64,000 nucleotides of DNA, from positions 64,001 to 128,000 of the forward strand of contig CBDFFH010000015.1 in the NCBI GenBank assembly GCA_965246715.1. The letters run 5' to 3'. The notes under the pieces were generated by a model that saw nothing but the letters and a program-made list of their open reading frames with translations, ran no database searches and was not told where the DNA came from. Positions 51,166 through 61,952 of this stretch are shown piece by piece; within the stretch, counting starts at the first letter, position 1; each line of letters begins with the position of its first letter. Source of the stretch: Chamaesiphon sp. GTDB lineage: Bacteria; Cyanobacteriota; Cyanobacteriia; Cyanobacteriales; Chamaesiphonaceae. The position numbers and the translations under genes were made by a program.

Positions 51166-52500
51166 ATGTTTAGTAAATTTAAAATTCCCAAAATATCTCA
51201 GCGTATACTTAGTCCTCGGCTGCTAACAGTCGTTACCAATACGGGATGGCTTTTTGCTGACAAAGTTATTCGGATTGGAGTAGGTTTGGTTATTGGTGTC
51301 TGGCTGGCTCGATATTTGGGAGTAGAAGAATACGGATTGTTTAATTACGCTACAGCCTTTGCGACATTGCTAAGTCCTTTGGCAAATTTGGGACTAGACG
51401 GTATTGTAATTCGTTACATGGTTCGCGATGGAGCCAATCGAATGGAAATTTTAGGTACGACTTTTCTATTAAAGTTTCAGGCTGGTACACTAACTCTAAT
51501 CGCATCGATTATCTGTATCTATCTAGTTAGTCCTAACGAAAAATTAACGATCGAGTTAGTAGCAATATTATCAGCTACTGGAATTTTTCAGTCATTCGAT
51601 GCGATCGATCTATGGTTTCAATCGCAAACACAATCTAAGTATACAGTCTTAGCAAAAAGTATCGTTTTTGTCTCGACCAGTATTTTGAGAGTCATATTAA
51701 TTACGATGAAAGCGCCGTTGGTGGCTTTTGCCTGGGTAGCATTACTAGATATCGCGTTGGGGTCGCTGGGTCTGATTTTTATCTATCAACTTCGAGGTTA
51801 TTCAGTGTGGTTGTGGCGGTGGAGCTGGCCTCTAGCAAAAATGCTAGTTAAAGAAAGTTGGCCGTTACTATTTAGTAGCTTTGCCATCTTGATTTACATG
51901 AAGATCGATATGGTTATGCTCAAGGAGATGTCTGACGAGCGCGCAGTCGGGATTTATTCAGCAGCAACGCGGATTTCTGAGGCTTGGTATTTTATTCCGA
52001 TGGTCATTTCTTCCTCGATGGCTCCAGCAATTTATGCTGCCAAAGAAAGTAGTGAGACGCTATTTTACAACTTATCCTTCAGGCTACATCGGTTTATGGC
52101 GTTGCTATCGATCGTTATCTCTATATCGATGACTTTTCTCGCAAAACCCTCGATCGCCTTGCTATTTGGGGATAAGTATGCCGCCGCTACCGATGTATTG
52201 ATCGTGCATATTTGGGCATCGATATTTGTATTTTTAGGCGTGGCTTCATCTACGTGGTTGGTAGCAGAAGATCTAGCTTTCTTCACGCTATCTAGAACGA
52301 TAATGGGTGCGATATTTAACATCGGATTGAATATTGTTTTAATCCCACGTTATGCTGGTGTCGGTGCAGCAATAGCAACATTAATTTCTTATGCCTTTGC
52401 CAATGTTTTTGCAAATCTTCTGAACAAAAAAACTCATAAGTTGTTTTGGATTCAGCTCAAATCATTAAACATGTTGTCGTTTGTCAGTAAGTTAAAATAG
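51166..52500 (+). CDS. wzx: Wzx flippase
   Basis: LARYLG.EEYG.FNYA, YMKIDMVML, VGIYSAA.R, N.VLIP.Y..VGAAIAT; ~12 TM. Confidence 0.9.
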   Translation: MFSKFKIPKISQRILSPRLLTVVTNTGWLFADKVIRIGVGLVIGVWLARYLGVEEYGLFNYATAFATLLSPLANLGLDGIVIRYMVRDGANRMEILGTTFLLKFQAGTLTLIASIICIYLVSPNEKLTIELVAILSATGIFQSFDAIDLWFQSQTQSKYTVLAKSIVFVSTSILRVILITMKAPLVAFAWVALLDIALGSLGLIFIYQLRGYSVWLWRWSWPLAKMLVKESWPLLFSSFAILIYMKIDMVMLKEMSDERAVGIYSAATRISEAWYFIPMVISSSMAPAIYAAKESSETLFYNLSFRLHRFMALLSIVISISMTFLAKPSIALLFGDKYAAATDVLIVHIWASIFVFLGVASSTWLVAEDLAFFTLSRTIMGAIFNIGLNIVLIPRYAGVGAAIATLISYAFANVFANLLNKKTHKLFWIQLKSLNMLSFVSKLK

Positions 52501-52582
52501 TGGCAGTGATGACCGATCGAAGTGAGTCCACAGTAGAAATGAAACTATAGATAGCACGCAGTTAAAAATAAGGATTTAAACC

Positions 52583-53854
52583 ATGAAAGTCATTCATATA
52601 AGTAATAGCGATATTTCTGGTGGTGCGGCTCGTGCTGCTTATCGACTGCACCGCAGCTTGCTGCAAATTGACATCGACTCAAGTATGCAGGTTGCATCTA
52701 AATCATCTGGCGATCCGCGTGTAAGATGCCACTCCTCAAAAGCCGGACGGATGGTGACAGAAGCTCGCAGCGGTATCGGGATGTTGGCAACTACGGCACT
52801 GAAAACTATCAATCCAGTTCGTCATTCGCTCTCACTGTTGCCATCGGGTTGGACGAAATCCATAAATTCATCCGATGCAGATGTCATCAATCTACATTGG
52901 ATTGGTGACGAAACGATGTCGATTCGGGAAATCGGCCAGATTTGCAAGCCTATAGTTTGGACTTTTCATGATATGTGGGCATTCTGTGGTGCGGAACACT
53001 ATACAGATGACGGGATCGATGCACGTTGGCGACAAGGGTACAGATCGAATAACCGACCTAGCTACGAATCGGGAGTTGATATCAATTACTGGACGGCGCG
53101 TAGAAAACAACGGCACTGGCAGCAACCGTTTCACCTTGTCAGTCCCAGTCGTTGGCTGGCAGACTGTGTAAAAGATAGCGCACTGATGCGAGATTGGCCT
53201 GTAAGTATCATTCCCAACCCGCTGGATCTCAACACTTTTCGCCCGATCGATCGACGGCTAGCACGACAATTGTTAAACTTACCACAGGATCGACAATTGA
53301 TTTTGTTTGGGGCATTTGGTGGGAGTGACGATCCTCGAAAAGGCAGCGATCTGTTGATGGCCGCTTTAAACTGGTTGAAGACCGTAGGCTCGCAAAATAT
53401 GGAGTTGGTAATATTTGGGCAGTCACCTCCACTGCAAGAGCCTAAACTGGGTTTCCCGATTCGATATACGGGACATCTGCATGATGATATTTCACTAGCT
53501 CTGCTATATTCGGCAGTGGATGTGTTTGTTGCGCCTTCTCGACAAGATAATTTACCAAATACGGTTGTCGAAGCGAGCGCCTGTGGTACGCCGTCTGTTA
53601 CCTTTAAAATAGGTGGAATGCCTGATGTCATCGAACATCAGGTATCAGGATATTTAGCACAGCCTAACGATCTTAAAGATTTAGCAACCGGGATTCGATG
53701 GGTACTAGAACAGCAAACACAACATAACCAATTAGGGATCGCCGCACGTCAAAGTGCAGAGTCAATTTTTCATCCTCGTCTAGTTGCACAACAGTACCGC
53801 GATGTTTATCAAGCAGCAATAACAGCACCAAAAGCTATCTCTCGTCAAAAATAG
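52583..53854 (+). CDS. GT4 glycosyltransferase (WcaC-like)
   Basis: GGAARAAYRLH, VWTFHDMW, PRKG, PSRQDNLPNTVVEA.ACGTP. Confidence 0.9.
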   Translation: MKVIHISNSDISGGAARAAYRLHRSLLQIDIDSSMQVASKSSGDPRVRCHSSKAGRMVTEARSGIGMLATTALKTINPVRHSLSLLPSGWTKSINSSDADVINLHWIGDETMSIREIGQICKPIVWTFHDMWAFCGAEHYTDDGIDARWRQGYRSNNRPSYESGVDINYWTARRKQRHWQQPFHLVSPSRWLADCVKDSALMRDWPVSIIPNPLDLNTFRPIDRRLARQLLNLPQDRQLILFGAFGGSDDPRKGSDLLMAALNWLKTVGSQNMELVIFGQSPPLQEPKLGFPIRYTGHLHDDISLALLYSAVDVFVAPSRQDNLPNTVVEASACGTPSVTFKIGGMPDVIEHQVSGYLAQPNDLKDLATGIRWVLEQQTQHNQLGIAARQSAESIFHPRLVAQQYRDVYQAAITAPKAISRQK

Positions 53855-53938
53855 GTGCCAGTCGCGACTCATCCAGATGCTCGCTCGATAGACTATTTGA
53901 TTTAGTACTATAACCAATCAATTGGTAAAAAACACACA

Positions 53939-55294
53939 ATGCAGATTGTCGATCGAAAGAATACTCATTTATTACATAGAGTATTCATCATGCGGAACAA
54001 ATACCGCCAAATTATCCTAGCAACTTCGCTAGCAATTTGGTGTGTTATTCCCATCTTAGGTATTGTATTTCTGCTAATTTACTCCCAAATAAATCTGTCT
54101 AGTAATTTAGCCGAACAGAAAAAGAAATCTTTTATCAACTTTATCCCAATCTTGTTGGTGGTATTTACAATTGGTACGTATATAGCGACATTTAAGTCTT
54201 TTAACGATACCGACGTGTATATTGGAGTGTACGAATCTCTTGGCAGAGAATCGCCATTTACTTTTCCAGTTATCGATATGGAACCAGGTGCATTTATCCT
54301 GCCCAAGTATATCAGCCTGATGACAGGAGGCAATTCGCTGATTTTTTTGCTGTTTCAATCCTTGACGATGAATATTGCTTTCACTGTTTATGCAGTAATA
54401 TTCATACCTGAGTTTTATCCCTTAATAATATTGATTAATGTTATGAGTCAGGGGTATTACTTTCAATTGTTTTGGATGCGGCAATTATATTCTTTAATTT
54501 TTATTATCCCAGCTATATATACTAATATTTTTGCAGTGAGATGGTTCTTAGTGTCACTGGGATTTTTCACACATGCAGCTTCATTAATTTATGCATTCAC
54601 ATTTAGTATTGTATCGATTAAAGATATTATTGCCAGCTTTCTTGATACAATTCGTAGTAAATTAAATATTCGAAATAAGATCGATAATCATAAGTTTTTG
54701 ATATTGAGTTTGTCATTAGTTATTATCATAGTATTTGGCCCTCTATTGCAGTTTTTACTTCAGAGTATGGGGTTTTTATCATTGCTCACTGGTGATAGTG
54801 TTACCGATCGAGTATCGACATATAGTACTGACGATACCAATATGGCAATTTTCTCACTTGCGAGTCAATTACGAACGATTTTAGACTATGTAACTATTTT
54901 CATATTTGCACTTGCCGCTGACTATAGTAAACAAAATCCTTTATTGACGAGGTGGCTGATCTTATTTGTAACAGTATTTGGATTGTATCTTGGTTCATTT
55001 ATCTCTGGTTTTAACTTGAGAGTTGCTAGTGTATTTTTCTGTTTACCAGGTTTTTTCTATACAATCCCATTACTATCGGGCAAATTTGACAGCGAAGAAA
55101 ATAGTAATAGTCGATCGAATATATATGTTTATATATTATGTGGTTCGATTACAATTAGAATACTATATTTTTTCAATAATTTAATTAGTTCGTATGAAAC
55201 GGAGAATTACCTTACTTTTTGGGGCGGACAAACATTGACAACGCCAATTACTGGATACTTTGAGTTTATCTATAAATGCTTAACTAGTATTTAA
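53939..55294 (+). CDS. Wzy/EpsG-family polysaccharide polymerase
   Basis: Polytopic, AT-rich; D..Y..Y, EPG, MRQ, FTH.AS pattern; cluster context; alternative start 53990. Confidence 0.7.
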   Translation: MQIVDRKNTHLLHRVFIMRNKYRQIILATSLAIWCVIPILGIVFLLIYSQINLSSNLAEQKKKSFINFIPILLVVFTIGTYIATFKSFNDTDVYIGVYESLGRESPFTFPVIDMEPGAFILPKYISLMTGGNSLIFLLFQSLTMNIAFTVYAVIFIPEFYPLIILINVMSQGYYFQLFWMRQLYSLIFIIPAIYTNIFAVRWFLVSLGFFTHAASLIYAFTFSIVSIKDIIASFLDTIRSKLNIRNKIDNHKFLILSLSLVIIIVFGPLLQFLLQSMGFLSLLTGDSVTDRVSTYSTDDTNMAIFSLASQLRTILDYVTIFIFALAADYSKQNPLLTRWLILFVTVFGLYLGSFISGFNLRVASVFFCLPGFFYTIPLLSGKFDSEENSNSRSNIYVYILCGSITIRILYFFNNLISSYETENYLTFWGGQTLTTPITGYFEFIYKCLTSI

Positions 55295-55382
55295 ACGAAA
55301 AAACTTAAATCAACATTAAAAATTAGCTTTCATTTCGAGTTAATACTTTAGAATTCAACCTATTTAACTTACTATATCTGCT

Positions 55383-56150
55383 ATGAATATCGCAATTTCG
55401 ATAGTTACTATTACAAAAAATCATTGTCAAGGTTTAACTCAAACTTTGACATCAGTAAACGAGCAAGATTATCAACAGATCGAGCATATTATCATTGATG
55501 GTGACTCTACAGATGGCAGTAAAGAATTATTAGCATTTTATAATCATTCTAAAGTATATATTTATTTCTCTGAACCAGATCGTGGTATATCTAGTGCTTT
55601 TAATAAAGGAATAGAAAAAAGTAGTGGCGAGCTAATATTTTTCTTGAATTCTGGAGATGTATTAACTTCGCATACGGTTATTTCCGAAGTTTGCGAAAGC
55701 TATCGATTACACAGATGGAAATGTGCTGTCGGCACCACTATTACGACAAACTTCAAAGAGGAACCTGTTTATTATCATCCACCACAGCTTTCCTCAAAAT
55801 TCTTAAAATATTTTATGTTTTTGCCGCATCAAGGATTCTTTTGTGAGACATCAATGCATAAAGAATATCAATATGATGAATCTATCAAAACCTCAATGGA
55901 TTATGAATTATTTTTGAGAATGTTGAAAAATGTCGAAATTTTCTACCTACCGATCGCGATTTCTAACCGAGAAGCTGGGGGGATTTCTAGTCAAGATCGG
56001 AAGCGGATTTTGGAACAGTCAAAAATTAGACTCCAACATGCTAATTATCTTCATGAAAAAGTTATTATCAACATTCTTAATCTGCTGATATCGGTTAAGA
56101 GTAATCTCAAAATTTCTTCGCCTTTCGCAGCTAAAATCCATAACAACTAA
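55383..56150 (+). CDS. GT2 glycosyltransferase (WcaE-like)
   Basis: ISIVT, IIDGDSTDGS, SEPDRGISSAFNKG, FLNSGD, PHQG, DYE. Confidence 0.9.
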   Translation: MNIAISIVTITKNHCQGLTQTLTSVNEQDYQQIEHIIIDGDSTDGSKELLAFYNHSKVYIYFSEPDRGISSAFNKGIEKSSGELIFFLNSGDVLTSHTVISEVCESYRLHRWKCAVGTTITTNFKEEPVYYHPPQLSSKFLKYFMFLPHQGFFCETSMHKEYQYDESIKTSMDYELFLRMLKNVEIFYLPIAISNREAGGISSQDRKRILEQSKIRLQHANYLHEKVIINILNLLISVKSNLKISSPFAAKIHNN

Positions 56151-56188
56151 GTAGCTAACAGAAGAGCCACCCTTGCTTAGTAAATTTT

Positions 56189-57322
56189 ATGAAAATAAAG
56201 CGTCGTAATTTTTTCAGTTTAATTGCTACGTCTGCACTAGCCATTTTTGGTTCGACTTGGCTGAGTATGGCACAGAAAAAATATTTAACGCTTGCACGTA
56301 AGCGGAGCTTACCATTTTTCATCGGGTGGTATGAATTTATCGAAAATTCTGCTGGGCCATCTCAAGTAGCAGGCAAGGGAATCAATCTTGTCATACCTTA
56401 TATCGAAGGCTCAAAGCTGGAAAAAATACAAGTTTTTCTAGATGCTGCCAAAGCTGCACGGATTAAAGTGCTACTTGAAGTCCATCGTCCGCTGGTCGAA
56501 TCTGAAAATCTTACTGGAACGAAAGAGTTTATTCGTACTTATAAAAATCACCCAGCCGTGTATGGTTGGTATCTGTATGATGAGCCAGAGATTAAGAATC
56601 CGACACCGCTTACTCCAGAATTACTTACAGCAGTCTATCAGGCGATTAAGGAAGAGGATAAGTCGAAACCAGTTGCGATCGTATTTTCTGATATTAATAA
56701 AATTGAATATTATAATAATGCAATGGATATTATCATGTGGGACGTATATCCTTGTAACGATAACGTTCCAGAATTTCAGTGGGTGTCATCTTATCGGGAG
56801 TCATTAAATCGAGTTATTAACATTGCTGATGCCAAACAGAAAAAGTTTTGGAACGTTCTTCAAGCATATAGCGGTCATGGTCTTAAAAAACGACCACCAA
56901 CTAAAGCCGAATTTCGCTATATGTTTTATTACTCAATTTTTTCGGGTAGTGATGGATTATTATTTTGGATGCATCCCTGGTCTACCCCGGCCTGGAATAA
57001 ATCAGTTTTATACCCTACTATTAATGAATTTCAACCTTATATTGCAGCAATTATCAATGGACATAAATCGCAAAATATAGCGCCAGTAAATTACACAAAT
57101 ACTGTAGAAGTTAAACTATTTCCGCTACCAAACAGTCGGAAGATTTTAGTAGTTGCGATCAATCACGATCGGTCGCCAGTTAGCATGATGGTGAAACTCG
57201 ATCGAGCGTTAGCTGGCAGATCGGTTGCAACAAACAAAAAAAGGATCGATCGGATATCGTCTCAGTCAAATTTAAAAGTTGTCTTGAGTTCTTATGAAGT
57301 AAGAATGTATGAAATTGGCTGA
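56189..57322 (+). CDS. Tat-exported glycoside-hydrolase-like (TIM barrel) protein
   Basis: KRRNFF twin-arginine signal; HPAVYGWYLYDEP; DVYP; WNVLQAY; GLLFW. Confidence 0.65.
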   Translation: MKIKRRNFFSLIATSALAIFGSTWLSMAQKKYLTLARKRSLPFFIGWYEFIENSAGPSQVAGKGINLVIPYIEGSKLEKIQVFLDAAKAARIKVLLEVHRPLVESENLTGTKEFIRTYKNHPAVYGWYLYDEPEIKNPTPLTPELLTAVYQAIKEEDKSKPVAIVFSDINKIEYYNNAMDIIMWDVYPCNDNVPEFQWVSSYRESLNRVINIADAKQKKFWNVLQAYSGHGLKKRPPTKAEFRYMFYYSIFSGSDGLLFWMHPWSTPAWNKSVLYPTINEFQPYIAAIINGHKSQNIAPVNYTNTVEVKLFPLPNSRKILVVAINHDRSPVSMMVKLDRALAGRSVATNKKRIDRISSQSNLKVVLSSYEVRMYEIG

Positions 57323-57457
57323 TACAAGTTCCACGATCTAGGTAACTTGTATTTAACAACATCCGATCGCGAATTAATTTTACTGTATTAATAGTAGAGT
57401 TGACTGGTAATAGTTCGACCGCTATAATATTTATTTTTACGATCCACCTTGTCTGAG

Positions 57458-58675
57458 TTACACTATTTCAAATAGATCTTCAAAGCGTTTTACAGCACAT
57501 TCACTAGTGTATTTAGTTTGATATGCATTAAAGGATTTATGACCCATTTCTTGAGTGAGATGACGGTCTTTGTATAAATCCAAGATTGAATTTACCAAAC
57601 CATCAACGTCGCCGGGAGCGACAACTAATCCGCACTGCTCTTCCTTCACAACTAAAGCAATTTCCGAATCAACTGGCACTTGTGCGATTGTCGCTCTCCC
57701 AGAAGCAAGAATTCCATAAAGTTTAGATGGTACGGCAATACCCGAAAGACCCGCTCGCAGGGTAATTAAAGAAACATGGCAACAGGCTAAGCTATCTTCA
57801 AGTTCTTCTTTGGGAACAAAGTCTTTCCAAATAATATTGCTCACATGCCCTTGTTGTGCAAGTTCAACTGCCTCTTGCTTACGCTTACCACCACCAATGA
57901 ATAAAAATTGGATGTCTGGATAAATCTCTAGTTTCTTAGCAGCAAATACAAAAGAGTTAAGATCGTGCCACAACCCCATATTACCTGAGTATTGAATGAT
58001 AAATTTATCCTGGATTGGTAGGGAAGCGTATAAATTACTTGCTAGAATACTTTTGGGTTCGATTGTAGCAGTTGAACTCCAATGCGGAATATAAACAAAC
58101 TTGCGCTTAGGAATAGAATAACTATTTTCGAGCAAAGGTATCATATCCCTACCCAAAACTGGGAGTAAATCTGCTCTTGAATAACTAATATTATTTAAAA
58201 AATGCCAGATCTTGAAAACTATAGATGAGGTATTTATTTTTCCAAGCGCCACCAATCCTTCCGGATAGATGTCTTGGAACATATAATGATACTTTGTCCT
58301 TCGAATCGAGCTAACTAGCCAAAGGATAATGCACAAGAATGGTGGATTAGTAACCCCAAATACGATCGAGTCTCTACTGGTAAACATTAATTTTATCCCA
58401 GCATGAAGTAGAAAAGAAAAATAACAGATCGCTCTGAATAAGTAATTTCCCTTTGATGGTATATCTAGACCACAATGGGAGATTTTAATAGCCGATTTAT
58501 ATTCTACTCGTCTAGGAGACGTGTAATTATCATTCCTAGTTGTCGGAAATCCACAGATTACTTCGATCGATACATCTGGAGCAGATAATTGAGTAAATAA
58601 CTCTGTAAAAAGTTGACTAGTAGCAGTAGTATCAGGATAAAATACTTGGCAAACAAGAATGATTTTCTTTTTCAT
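57458..58675 (-). CDS. GT4 glycosyltransferase (WcaI/WbuB-like)
   Basis: QVFYPD, TNPP, QDIYPE, YSGNMG..H, VPSKLYGILASG. Confidence 0.88.
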   Translation of the reverse strand: MKKKIILVCQVFYPDTTATSQLFTELFTQLSAPDVSIEVICGFPTTRNDNYTSPRRVEYKSAIKISHCGLDIPSKGNYLFRAICYFSFLLHAGIKLMFTSRDSIVFGVTNPPFLCIILWLVSSIRRTKYHYMFQDIYPEGLVALGKINTSSIVFKIWHFLNNISYSRADLLPVLGRDMIPLLENSYSIPKRKFVYIPHWSSTATIEPKSILASNLYASLPIQDKFIIQYSGNMGLWHDLNSFVFAAKKLEIYPDIQFLFIGGGKRKQEAVELAQQGHVSNIIWKDFVPKEELEDSLACCHVSLITLRAGLSGIAVPSKLYGILASGRATIAQVPVDSEIALVVKEEQCGLVVAPGDVDGLVNSILDLYKDRHLTQEMGHKSFNAYQTKYTSECAVKRFEDLFEIV

Positions 58676-58764
58676 ATATATGAGGAGGATAATCGAGTGT
58701 TAAGATAAATATTTAGACACTAATTGAAAGATGATGAGCTTCAACTAGATCGATAAATTACATC

Positions 58765-59814
58765 TTAAATAATTAATTTGCTTAGTTTATTATGTAAATA
58801 GGACGCAGAATTGTTTTTATTAAAATAATCGATCGAATCCCAACAACATTCTTCATATTCATCAGGAGTCATCGAAACTAGCTGCTGAATACATGCTAAG
58901 ATTTTATTTCGATCGTTAAAGTCAACCATGAGCACAGATTTTAAATCCTTAAGATGATTGAATGCTGCAATGTTATTGACTACAACAACTTTTCCATAAC
59001 TTAATGCTTCGATAACTACACCACTTTGAGTAGAAAATCGATAGGGGATAACAATAACATGAGTCAAAGATAGTAATAGCTTTTTGGCAGAGTTGGTAAT
59101 ATAGCCAGGGAAGTGAACGATCCGTTCTTTGCTATAGTCTAGTTCTATATCTTTATCCCAACCAGCTCGAATAAACTGCATTCGCTCTGGATACTTTGTA
59201 TTAGCAATATTCGCTAAATCTAAAAATCCTTCAATGTTCTTATCTCGAGCGCCAATACCAAATGAAGAAATCGTCTTTGTCTTGTCCCATGATTGTTTGA
59301 GCTGACTTATATTTTTTGCTAACAGATCGCGATCGTTGCTTGGAAATGTTAAGTTTATTCTGACAATCTTATCTTTCCTGATAAATTCTTCACCCTTCTT
59401 TGCCGCTTGTTCGCTAGATAAAATAATTCGGTCGCTCAAGCGAGATAAGATCGAATTAATCCAGTAGACTAAAAGTGACATTTTTAGCGTCGCTCTGCCT
59501 TTTTCATATTTAGGCTCATGCATCTGATGATAGACTTTAAGATCTCTACGGAGAATAAAACTCCAGCATCGGAGAGTAGCGATCGTTAAAATATATTCAG
59601 GTTGCGTAGAAAATAAAAATACTGACAGCCTGTCGCTCGCTGCTAACTTACCGATCTTCTGGATTAGATAGAAACATGTTATTAGATCTAGACAGCTTAA
59701 TCGCTCTATTTTTGTATCTGCTCGCGCTAACTCAACTTTTAGACCCGTCTCAAATGTATCCGGAGAATGTTTTAGGTTTGGATTTCTAGGATTTACTAAA
59801 TATATATAGTTCAT
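58765..59814 (-). CDS. Divergent GT-B (GT4-like) glycosyltransferase
   Basis: HEP, KNIEGF, IPYRFSTQSGVVIEALSYGK. Confidence 0.72.
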   Translation of the reverse strand: MNYIYLVNPRNPNLKHSPDTFETGLKVELARADTKIERLSCLDLITCFYLIQKIGKLAASDRLSVFLFSTQPEYILTIATLRCWSFILRRDLKVYHQMHEPKYEKGRATLKMSLLVYWINSILSRLSDRIILSSEQAAKKGEEFIRKDKIVRINLTFPSNDRDLLAKNISQLKQSWDKTKTISSFGIGARDKNIEGFLDLANIANTKYPERMQFIRAGWDKDIELDYSKERIVHFPGYITNSAKKLLLSLTHVIVIPYRFSTQSGVVIEALSYGKVVVVNNIAAFNHLKDLKSVLMVDFNDRNKILACIQQLVSMTPDEYEECCWDSIDYFNKNNSASYLHNKLSKLII

Positions 59815-60184
59815 ACTCTATCATTCGAGTTAAGTTCAGACATTGTAAGTAATGAAAATTTAAAGTATTTGTAAATTGGTTAATACTCTTCAAGTTTCTC
59901 ATGTGGAAAGCGAGAAGACTAGTAGAATTTAGAATACGATTAACACTTTATAATATTTGTGAATAAGTTACTACCGGCTAAACAGCTAAAAAGTGGCGAT
60001 TATTTTCTCGATCGATCGATTGATGCTACTCCAGACTATAGTTCCCATTGTCTCAATGAAATTAACACAATACAACATCTATCGTTAAGATTTTAAGGTG
60101 CCAGTGCTTCGATCTAGACTGATGGTAGTAGTGGTGACTGCGGCGATCGTGGCATAATGCGATCGAGCCAATCTCTTCAAAACT

Positions 60185-60976
60185 ATGGATATTTTTCCCG
60201 CGATCGATCTACTAGATGGTAAGTGCGTCCGATTATATCAAGGCGATTACGAGCGGTCGCAGGTATTTAACGACAATCCTGCTGCGATGGCGCAGGATTG
60301 GCTCGAACAGGGTGCCACCAAGTTACATTTAGTCGATCTCGATGGCGCAAAAGCCGGGCAGCCTGTAAATTTAGACGCGATCGCCAGGATCGTGGAAATG
60401 GTTAAAAAAACTGCCGATAAACCGGTACAAATTCAGGTTGGTGGCGGGCTGCGAACTGAAGCGAGCGTTCGGCAACTATTGACAATGGGAGTCGATCGGG
60501 TGATTTTGGGGACGATTGCTGTAGAGCAACCTCAATTAGTTAAAGATTTATGCCAACTCTACCCCCAACAAATTGTTGTGGGCATCGATGCGCGGGATGG
60601 AAAGGTGGCAACTAAAGGTTGGGTGGAAACTTCGACCGTAATGGCGACAGATTTAGCCAAACAGATGGCTAATGATGGTGCGGCGGCAATTATTTACACG
60701 GATATCCACCGCGATGGCACCCTGAGCGGGCCAAATTTGGTGGCATTACGTGAGTTAGCAAATAGTATCGAGATCCCCGTCGTTGCCTCTGGTGGAGTCA
60801 GTTCGTTGCGGGATTTACTCGATCTATTAGCACTCGAACCGATCGGCGTGACTGGCGCGATTGTCGGTCGCGCCATCTATACTGGCGAAGTTAACCTTTC
60901 TGAAGCCATTCGTGCCGTTGGTAACGGTCGCTGGCAAGATGTTCCGCCAGATTTGGGTACGTCTAGTTTTGCTTAG
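60185..60976 (+). CDS. hisA: ProFAR isomerase
   Basis: [50 protein letters not shown]. Confidence 0.96.
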   Translation: MDIFPAIDLLDGKCVRLYQGDYERSQVFNDNPAAMAQDWLEQGATKLHLVDLDGAKAGQPVNLDAIARIVEMVKKTADKPVQIQVGGGLRTEASVRQLLTMGVDRVILGTIAVEQPQLVKDLCQLYPQQIVVGIDARDGKVATKGWVETSTVMATDLAKQMANDGAAAIIYTDIHRDGTLSGPNLVALRELANSIEIPVVASGGVSSLRDLLDLLALEPIGVTGAIVGRAIYTGEVNLSEAIRAVGNGRWQDVPPDLGTSSFA

Positions 60977-61952
60977 AGTTGGAGATAACGCGGTGAAGTA
61001 AGACTACTAGTTCGGTAACTTGCTGACGATTGAAGTTTTGCAAGATCGCTTGAGCGGCACCGCGCACGTCTATCGGAATGGTAATTTGGGCGGGAGTTGC
61101 AGCGACTGGTGCAACGATAGGAGCCGCAGCAGTTGCTGCTTGCTGGAGATTGGCTGAGACGGTAATCTCGCGATCGCGATTGGCGGCCAGGAGATCGCCA
61201 GCTTGTTTCAACTCGCGAATCACTAGGGGCGCGATCGCATTGTAAGTGTTATTGGGGTTAGAGATCGCTCGATCGGTTGCGGCAACTAATGTTTGCCAGT
61301 TGTGAGCATTCGCTTCTACTGCTACGAGCGATTGACAGATCCCGCCCAATTGTTGGCGGGTAGCTGGACTATCCCCTTGCTTGAACTGCACCAACATTTT
61401 TTGGAGTGTTGCAGTAACGGTTGCGACGATATCGATTGGTGGAGCCATCACCGCAGTACCACCGCCGACAGCCTTGGCTGCTACTGGTACGGGAGCTTCT
61501 TTAGTATGGTCTTGGGTCTGAGTATTGGTATTGAGTAATTCCTCGAGATATTCTTGTAAGGCGACAAAATTAGCGGCCGAACCCGATAGCACGGTATCGA
61601 CAACTTCCGGACGCAGGCTCATTGTCGGTGAATTTGCTAGTTCTTCAACCAATGCCTTGAGCGCGTCGTAACCGCCGAGAAATAACGTTTCTAATTTGGC
61701 ATCGATCGGCACGGGATGATCGCGTAAAATCTTAAAGCAATCTTCTAGTTTATGCGCTGTGGCTTGGATGCCCTCAAATCCGAGCATTGCCGCACCACCT
61801 TTGATGGAGTGAGCAGCACGAAACATTTCATTAACACGCTCAGCGTCGGCGATAACTTCCGCTAGGTCTAATAAACCTTGTTCTACTGTCTCTAGATGTT
61901 CCTGAGCTTCTTCGATGAAGTAGTGAATGATCTGCTGCTTGTTATCGTCCAT
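60963..61952 (-). CDS. Stand-alone CheA-type Hpt-domain protein
   Basis: [40 protein letters not shown]; no kinase domain; 3' end overlaps hisA by 14 bp. Confidence 0.85.
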   Translation of the reverse strand: MDDNKQQIIHYFIEEAQEHLETVEQGLLDLAEVIADAERVNEMFRAAHSIKGGAAMLGFEGIQATAHKLEDCFKILRDHPVPIDAKLETLFLGGYDALKALVEELANSPTMSLRPEVVDTVLSGSAANFVALQEYLEELLNTNTQTQDHTKEAPVPVAAKAVGGGTAVMAPPIDIVATVTATLQKMLVQFKQGDSPATRQQLGGICQSLVAVEANAHNWQTLVAATDRAISNPNNTYNAIAPLVIRELKQAGDLLAANRDREITVSANLQQAATAAAPIVAPVAATPAQITIPIDVRGAAQAILQNFNRQQVTELVVLLHRVISNSKQN

